64,000 bases of DNA from Myxococcota bacterium (GTDB lineage: Bacteria; Myxococcota_A; UBA796; CAJQPC01): contig DASCPX010000179.1 in the NCBI GenBank assembly GCA_036012755.1, positions 64,001-128,000 on the forward strand. The letters run 5' to 3'. This document shows, piece after piece, positions 58,435-64,000 of the stretch. The notes beneath the pieces were generated by a model, which was not told where the DNA came from, did no database searches, and worked only from the letters and a program-made list of their open reading frames with translations. Position numbers and translations under genes: made by a program. Within the stretch, counting starts at the first letter, position 1; every line of letters begins with the position of its first letter.

Positions 58435-59349
58435 ATGACCCTCTCTCCCGAGCTCCTGCTCGCTCTCGATGGCTGTGCCCAGCCCAGCCTCTCCACACCC
58501 ACGGAGAGCCCGACCGGGGGTGCCCTCATCGGCACCTCGGTTGATACCTGCGGATGCGACTCCATCGCGGACGAGCTCGCCGAGCTGCGAGACGAGATCG
58601 ACGAGATCGAAGACGGCGCCGAGCGAGCCGCGAAGAAGGCCTCGAGGACGTAGATGTCTCCACGATCGACGACGCCCGCGCGGCGCTCTCGACGCTGAAC
58701 GAGGCCCTCGCAGAGCTCGACGCAGAGCTCGACTCCATCACCGCCGAGCACGACATGCTGCTCGACGAAGAGGCAGAGATGCTCGAGCTCGCCGACTGTG
58801 ACATCGAGGGGAGCAAGCCTCTGGGGCGGACCGACGCCGACGCGGAGGCCTACCACGCCCTCGAGGCGAACATCGACGAGGGCATCGCGCTGAGCTCGAC
58901 CGGGCTCGACGCGACCATGCAGGTGGAGCGCCAGCTGAGGCGGATTCGGAAGCTCGCGGCGGCCTCTGCGGCGAGACGATGGACGACAACGAGCGCGAGT
59001 ACCTGCAGGAGGCGTACGTGGCCGCGGCGACAGAGATCGACCGCGTCGCCTGGGTCACCGCCTACAACGGAATCCGCCTGCTGACGGCACGACCATCATC
59101 CTCGGCGTCCAGACCGGCACGACCGACGACAGCTGGGCCCGAGTCACCGTGCGACTCGGGGACATGCGCTCGACCTTGCTCGGCGTCGACACGGCGAGCC
59201 TCGACCTGTCGAGCTCCATGGGGGCACAGGCGGCGCTGGACCCGGTCGACACGGCGCGCGACACGGTCGCCACCGACCGGGCGAGGCTGATGGCGGACCG
59301 CGGGACCCTGCTCGCGGAGAGGCAGCGCATCGAAGACCTGCTGGACTGA
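58435..59349 (+). pseudogene. Flagellin D1-like protein without D0, three -1 frameshifts
   Basis: NIDEGIAL...RIRKLA..SA/ETM...EREYLQ......EIDRVA..TAYNGIRLL/DG...LGVDT..LD.SS..GAQAAL..VDTA...V...RA; frames switch at ~58635, ~58972 and ~59083. Confidence 0.7.
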
Positions 59350-60186
59350 TCAGCTGGTGGCGCGGACCTCTGCTATGAGGGCTTCCTCTTCCTGGTAGCG
59401 GGCGATGTTCGCCTCGATGAGCTCGTCCGGGTCGTAGCCCTTGTCCGTGAGGGCACCCCGGATGATCTGGTCCATGATCAGGAACTTGTCGTCGAGGAAG
59501 GTACCGACACGATCCGGGGGGTAGGTCGTGTGGAAGTCGAAGACGATGTCGAGACTGTGCTGGAAGCCGATGAGGCAGATGGGCTGGTAGCCCTGGTGCG
59601 AGCGGCGAGCGCCCCAACCGGCGTCGATGCCGTTGCGACGCAGGACCTCGCGCTCTTCTGGCTTGCCGACGCCGAGATCGAGCAGGGGGGCGTTGTAGCG
59701 CACCCCGTAGCGCTTGTAGAACTCGATGTTCTTGTCGCGGGTGACCGGCATGGACATCACGGCGTACTCGCCACCGACCGAGCTGCAGATGAAGGTGTTG
59801 GTGATGCCGCGCTCGAGATTGTAGAGGATGGTGTAGGTCCCCATCGACTCCTGGCATCCGAGACAGATGCACCAGTGACCACCGTACTTCAGCGTGTCGC
59901 GGATCCAACGGCTGGCCCCGATGCGGTCCCAGATCTTCGTGTGGTCGACGAGGTGGTGCTGGACGCGCAAGCCGAGCACCCGCTGGAGCTCCGGGGTGTG
60001 GCGCCGCGACCACTCGTTGAACAGCGCCGCGTAGTCGTGCTTGAAGGTCAAGAGGTGGATGCCACCGCGTCGATCCTCGCGCTGGTTGGTTCCGATGATG
60101 ATCGGCACCACGCAAGAGTCGAGGCCACCCGAATAGAGAACCGAGAAGTCCTTCAGCACCGCGTATTCGGCCATCGACAAGGGCAT
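59350..60186 (-). CDS. PP-loop (adenine nucleotide alpha-hydrolase) protein
   Basis: YSGGLDS, C.CLGC..SM, QPIC. Confidence 0.7.
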   Translation of the reverse strand: MPLSMAEYAVLKDFSVLYSGGLDSCVVPIIIGTNQREDRRGGIHLLTFKHDYAALFNEWSRRHTPELQRVLGLRVQHHLVDHTKIWDRIGASRWIRDTLKYGGHWCICLGCQESMGTYTILYNLERGITNTFICSSVGGEYAVMSMPVTRDKNIEFYKRYGVRYNAPLLDLGVGKPEEREVLRRNGIDAGWGARRSHQGYQPICLIGFQHSLDIVFDFHTTYPPDRVGTFLDDKFLIMDQIIRGALTDKGYDPDELIEANIARYQEEEALIAEVRATS

Positions 60187-60230
60187 GACCGGATCCTACC
60201 GCCCCGTGATCGGTGCGATAGGTTGGGCCC

Positions 60231-60497
60231 ATGAGCCACGACCGCCAAGCCGCCAGCGCCGAGCTCCTCGAGTCCATCAGGGAGCGCATCCGAGAAGCCA
60301 TCCCAGGCGCCGACGTCGACGTGCACGGAGCCGGCGGCCACTTCGAGATCGAGGTCGTCTCGGCTGAGTTCGAAGGCAAGCGGACCCTGCAGAAGCACCG
60401 GATGGTGCTCCAGGCGATCGCGCCGTTGATGTCCGGCGCCAGCGCGCCCGTCCACGCCATCGACCGACTGTCGACGACCACGCCCAAGGAGACCTAG
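60231..60497 (+). CDS. BolA/IbaG family protein
   Basis: GGHFEIEVVS..FEGK..LQ.HRMV..A, VHA. Confidence 0.9.
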   Translation: MSHDRQAASAELLESIRERIREAIPGADVDVHGAGGHFEIEVVSAEFEGKRTLQKHRMVLQAIAPLMSGASAPVHAIDRLSTTTPKET

Positions 60498-62848
60498 ATC
60501 TCCACGGTCAGGCCCGCGAGGGCCCCGTCGAGGCGGCGCACCTCTGAGAGGACCTCTTCCTGGGTCAGGCTGCGCTCGGGGTGGTTGAACTCGAGCTCGA
60601 CGGTGACGCGCTTGCAGCCCTCTGGCACGCCGCGGCCGGCGTAGACGTCCCGCACGCTGTGGCGGACGAGGCGCTGGAGCCCGACCTCGGCGACCTGCTC
60701 CAGCAGGGTCGAGGCCAGATGCCGGGCAGGTGCCAGCACGTTGACGTGGATCTCGATCGACGGGAAGCGTGGCGGAGGCGTGAAGCGCGGCGTCTCCGGG
60801 ACCCCTGAGAGCAGGGCCTCGAAGTCCACGTGGAAGGCCGTGAAGGGTGCCCCGAGATCAAGCTCGGAGGCTAGGGTCGGGTGGAGCTCGCCCAGGAACC
60901 CGATGACCGCTCCCCCGCTGGTCAGCACAGCCTGCCGAGATGGATGGAAGCAGCGCGGCAGGCACCAGCCCGGGGCCGCGCCCAGCTCCACGCTCACCTC
61001 GACACCCAGCAGCCCCAGCGCGGCGAGCACCGCGTCACGGGCGGCGTAGAAGGCGCGGTCGAGGTCGCCCTCGGCCACGGCGCCGCTGAGGTGATGCCGC
61101 TCGACGAGCTGGCCGTCGACGCGACCGTAGATCTTCGCGATCTCGAAGAGCCTCACCGAAGAGAGGCTCTTCCGGTTCAGGCGCACCGCCTCGACGAGGT
61201 CGGGGAGACTGCTCGGACGGAAGAACCGGTAGTGCTCGACCAGGGGGTTCTTCAGCTCCAGGAGCGTCTCGAGGGGCAGCCCGTAGCGCTGGACCTCCGC
61301 ATCGCCGATCCACTGGCCGAGGTAGACCTCGTCGAAGCCGAGACCGGTGAGGGCCCGCCGGAGCGCGAAGCCCTTGGTGAACACCGGGTTGTCCCGGGGC
61401 GCGGCCAGCGGCGCCGTTGGCAGCTCGGCCACGACGTGCTCATAGCCGTGGATGCGCCCGACCTCCTCGTTGAGCGTCTCCTGGATGTCGATGTCCGGGC
61501 GGAAGTCCGGGACGAGCACGTTCCAGCTCTCGTCCACCTCGAAGCCGAGCTTCTCGAAGCGAGCGCGGATCAGCGCGTCAGGCACGTCCATGCCGATGCG
61601 GGCTCGCGCTTCGTCCGGAGAGAAGGCGACCGTGACCGCCTCTCGCGGCGAGGGCCATTCATCGACCGCAGCGCCGACACGCACGCTCGGGCCCCCGACC
61701 TCTGTCAGGAGCCTGGCCAGGCGAGCCGCGCCCCGGTGGACACCGCTCTCTGGGAGCCCCTTCTCGAAGCGCAGAGATGCCTCTGTGCGCAGCGCCAGCC
61801 GCCGCGAGCAGCGTCGAACGGTGAACATGTCGAAGGCCGCGGACTCGACGAGCACGTCGGTCGTGTCGTCGCCGATCTCGCTGTGGAGATCGCCCATGAC
61901 GCCGGCCAGCGCCACCGGCTCGTCCCCGTCGGTCACCAGCATGCACTCACTCGTCAGGCTGCGCTGCACACCGTCCAGCGTCGTGATGCTCTCGCCGTCG
62001 GTCGCCATGCGCAGCCCGATGACCCCGGTCTTCAGCTGGCGCCGGTCGAAGGTGTGGAGCGGCTGCCCCAGCTCGAGCATCGCCAGGTTGGCGGCGTCGA
62101 CGATGTTCGTGATGGGCCGCATGCCCAGCTTGCGGACGGCGTTCTGCAGCCACTGGGGCGAAGGGCCGACCTCCAGATCGTGGATCTGGAGAGCCAGGTA
62201 GCGGCTGCAGTTTTCCGTGCGGATGTCGATTGCGACGTCCTTCAACTGCGCCCAGTCGGTGGAGGCGGCCGGGGGCTCGTGGACGTCAGTGCCGAAGATG
62301 GCGGCCACGTCGCGGGCCATGCCGAGCAAGGAGTAGAGATCGGAGCGGTTGGGCTCCAGATCGAACTCCAGGACGACATCGTCGAGTTGCAGAGCGTCGA
62401 AGGGATCGGCGTCGTCCTCTACGTCGGGCCCGAAGCCCAGGGGGTGCGCCGCGTCGGCCCCGATGCCAGCTGTCGCCTCGCTGAGCAGCATGCCGTCAGA
62501 GGCGAGACCCTCGACCGGCCGAGCGAGGACCGGCTCGCCCAGCGGGGTCGTGGACCCTGCGAGCACCGCGGCGTAGCGCTGGCCGGCTAGCACACCGTGC
62601 TTGTTCCCCACGACGAGGTGGATCGACCCACCAGAGTGGGCCGCGAGCCAGCGATCGTAGTCGTCACCACTGTCGGCGACCTCGACGAGGCGGGCGATGA
62701 CGACGCCGACGAAGCTCTCCCGCGAGGGGAAGCGGTGGATGCCCTCGACCTCCGAGATTCGACCGTTCATCAGGTCGGCGAGCTCTTCGACGGACACCCC
62801 TGGAGGGATGTCGACGAGCTTGCCCAGGAGCGAGACGGGAACACGCAT
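60494..62848 (-). CDS. pheT: Phenylalanine-tRNA ligase beta subunit
   Basis: PNRSD..S..G.ARD, SP.WLQ, N..MLE.GQPLH.FD, S.RFEKG, P.FRPDI....L.EE..RI.GY, FDX-ACB tail. Confidence 0.93.
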   Translation of the reverse strand: MRVPVSLLGKLVDIPPGVSVEELADLMNGRISEVEGIHRFPSRESFVGVVIARLVEVADSGDDYDRWLAAHSGGSIHLVVGNKHGVLAGQRYAAVLAGSTTPLGEPVLARPVEGLASDGMLLSEATAGIGADAAHPLGFGPDVEDDADPFDALQLDDVVLEFDLEPNRSDLYSLLGMARDVAAIFGTDVHEPPAASTDWAQLKDVAIDIRTENCSRYLALQIHDLEVGPSPQWLQNAVRKLGMRPITNIVDAANLAMLELGQPLHTFDRRQLKTGVIGLRMATDGESITTLDGVQRSLTSECMLVTDGDEPVALAGVMGDLHSEIGDDTTDVLVESAAFDMFTVRRCSRRLALRTEASLRFEKGLPESGVHRGAARLARLLTEVGGPSVRVGAAVDEWPSPREAVTVAFSPDEARARIGMDVPDALIRARFEKLGFEVDESWNVLVPDFRPDIDIQETLNEEVGRIHGYEHVVAELPTAPLAAPRDNPVFTKGFALRRALTGLGFDEVYLGQWIGDAEVQRYGLPLETLLELKNPLVEHYRFFRPSSLPDLVEAVRLNRKSLSSVRLFEIAKIYGRVDGQLVERHHLSGAVAEGDLDRAFYAARDAVLAALGLLGVEVSVELGAAPGWCLPRCFHPSRQAVLTSGGAVIGFLGELHPTLASELDLGAPFTAFHVDFEALLSGVPETPRFTPPPRFPSIEIHVNVLAPARHLASTLLEQVAEVGLQRLVRHSVRDVYAGRGVPEGCKRVTVELEFNHPERSLTQEEVLSEVRRLDGALAGLTVEI

Positions 62849-62876
62849 AAGCCTTCCAGCGAGGCCCCGTCTCTAA

Positions 62877-63200
62877 TCACATCTCGAGGGCCAGGCGCAG
62901 GAGAATGCCGACGGCGAACTGGATGGCGAAGCCGATCTTCGCCCCCTTCTTGGTCTCGGCCCCCTTCGCGATGGCGAGCACCAGGATGGCGCCGATGCAG
63001 CCGCCGAAGAAGCCTGCGAGGAAGCCACCCCAGAACGTGCCTTCGACGACCGCCGCCTCCTCGAGGCCGTCCGCCTGGTCGATCGCGACATTGTCGCTGC
63101 ACTCCTCACAGATCAGCCCGTCACCGCTGTAGGTCCCGGTGGCAGGATCGAGTGGGCCGTTGCATCGGGGGCAGGTCTCGCCCTTCTGTTGGATTTCCAT
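62877..63200 (-). CDS. Small membrane protein with N-terminal Zn ribbon
   Basis: CPRC...CEEC, then two TM segments. Confidence 0.7.
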   Translation of the reverse strand: MEIQQKGETCPRCNGPLDPATGTYSGDGLICEECSDNVAIDQADGLEEAAVVEGTFWGGFLAGFFGGCIGAILVLAIAKGAETKKGAKIGFAIQFAVGILLRLALEM

Positions 63201-63217
63201 TTCGGCAGTCTACACCT

Positions 63218-63553
63218 TCAGGGGCACGCGCCCTGGGCGAGAGCCTCCCAACCACAGCGTTCAACCCGCTTGAGCCAGGCCTTGACCTCGCTGCGGCTGG
63301 CCTCGACCAGCGGCGAATTGGGCACCCCCCGCCCGGTAAGCCACGACCCGAAGGCACCCGCGGCCGCGGCGTCGGTCAGGGCCTCGATCTCCGCAAATCG
63401 GAAGAGCGCCGCTGCCTGGGCGGCGAGGAAGTCCAGCTGCTCCTTCTTGCGGGCCTCGTTGCCACGGTGGATCGGGATCATCACGGCGGGGTCGCTGGTG
63501 TTGGGAGAGGTCGTCACCATGACCAGGGTCGTCGCCCGCTCGGCGAGCACCAC
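63218..63553 (-). pseudogene. C-terminal fragment of an unknown protein
   Basis: Coding-like minus frame that abuts the SCO fragment with no promoter space. Confidence 0.35.
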
Positions 63554-64000
63554 GTTCGCGCGCCTCGATCACGAAGGGCGGCCCTTCCGCCTCGGGCGCT
63601 ACAGCGACTCCTGGGTGGTGGTGGGCTTCGTCTACACCCACTGCCAGTCTCCGACGGCGTGCCCGCTGACGATGAGCCGGATGGCGGGCGTGCAGAAGCT
63701 CTGGGACGAGGAGGAGGCAGAGGACCGCACCGGCGGGGTGGACCTGCTGCTGCTCACGCTCACCTTCGACGCCGCCCGGGACGGCCCGGATGCGCTGAAG
63801 GCCTACGGGGAGATGTTCGGCGCGGACTTCGGCTCGTGGACGCTGGCGACAGGCCCCGACGAGCTGATGAACGACGCCCTGCCCGCGCTCTTCGGCGTCC
63901 TGGCGCTGACCTTCTCCGGCGGCCAGATCAGCCACAGCGTGAAGGTCGCGCTGTTGAAGCCTGGCCTGGAGCTGGCGGCGGAGTGGCCCGACAACGCCTT
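63519..64000 (+). CDS. SCO1/SenC family protein, 5' end apparently missing; runs off the window
   Basis: DHEG.PF.L.......VVGFVYTHCQSPTACP, TFD..RD.P..LKAY, W.L.TG, I.HS; no signal peptide upstream. Confidence 0.8.
   Translation, partial: MTRVVARSASTTFARLDHEGRPFRLGRYSDSWVVVGFVYTHCQSPTACPLTMSRMAGVQKLWDEEEAEDRTGGVDLLLLTLTFDAARDGPDALKAYGEMFGADFGSWTLATGPDELMNDALPALFGVLALTFSGGQISHSVKVALLKPGLELAAEWPDNA

Noticed and set aside
60494..62848. pheT without adjacent pheS, and lone trpF at 33724, as anomalies
   Set aside because: Split operons are common and the partner genes may lie elsewhere in the genome.

Overview
High-GC bacterial chromosomal window. A MYXO-CTERM-like tail, many short-signal lipoproteins and Asp/Thr/Gly-rich linkers suggest an uncultured Myxococcota-type organism (inference). 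No rRNA, tRNA, CRISPR or intact mobile element was recognised. Recognisable blocks: (1) fadH divergent from a TetR-ACAD-MaoC-FabG4-like-thiolase operon, with palindromic operators; (2) a CsoR/Cu-permease unit with tandem operators; (3) a ParD-like/zeta-like toxin-antitoxin pair; (4) an ACP-KS-CLF-like-darA-darB-BtrH-like (dialkylresorcinol/flexirubin-type) operon, bracketed by two paralogous B12 radical SAM genes, a SPASM/twitch radical SAM and a PP-loop enzyme; (5) housekeeping pheT, bolA, trpF, rpiB-like and arsC. Main observations beyond the ORF track: a SelW/Rdx selenoprotein (CVPU plus a SECIS-like hairpin); a frameshifted flagellin-D1-like gene lacking D0; a secreted Zn-phospholipase C-like/beta-propeller protein; pervasive 6-10 aa lipoprotein signal peptides with D-S/T linkers alongside four GT-C-like membrane proteins; abutting 51-bp and 16-bp tandem arrays; and about seven apparent deletion/fusion scars (genome decay or assembly artefact). 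All family calls come from motif recognition by eye, not database searches.
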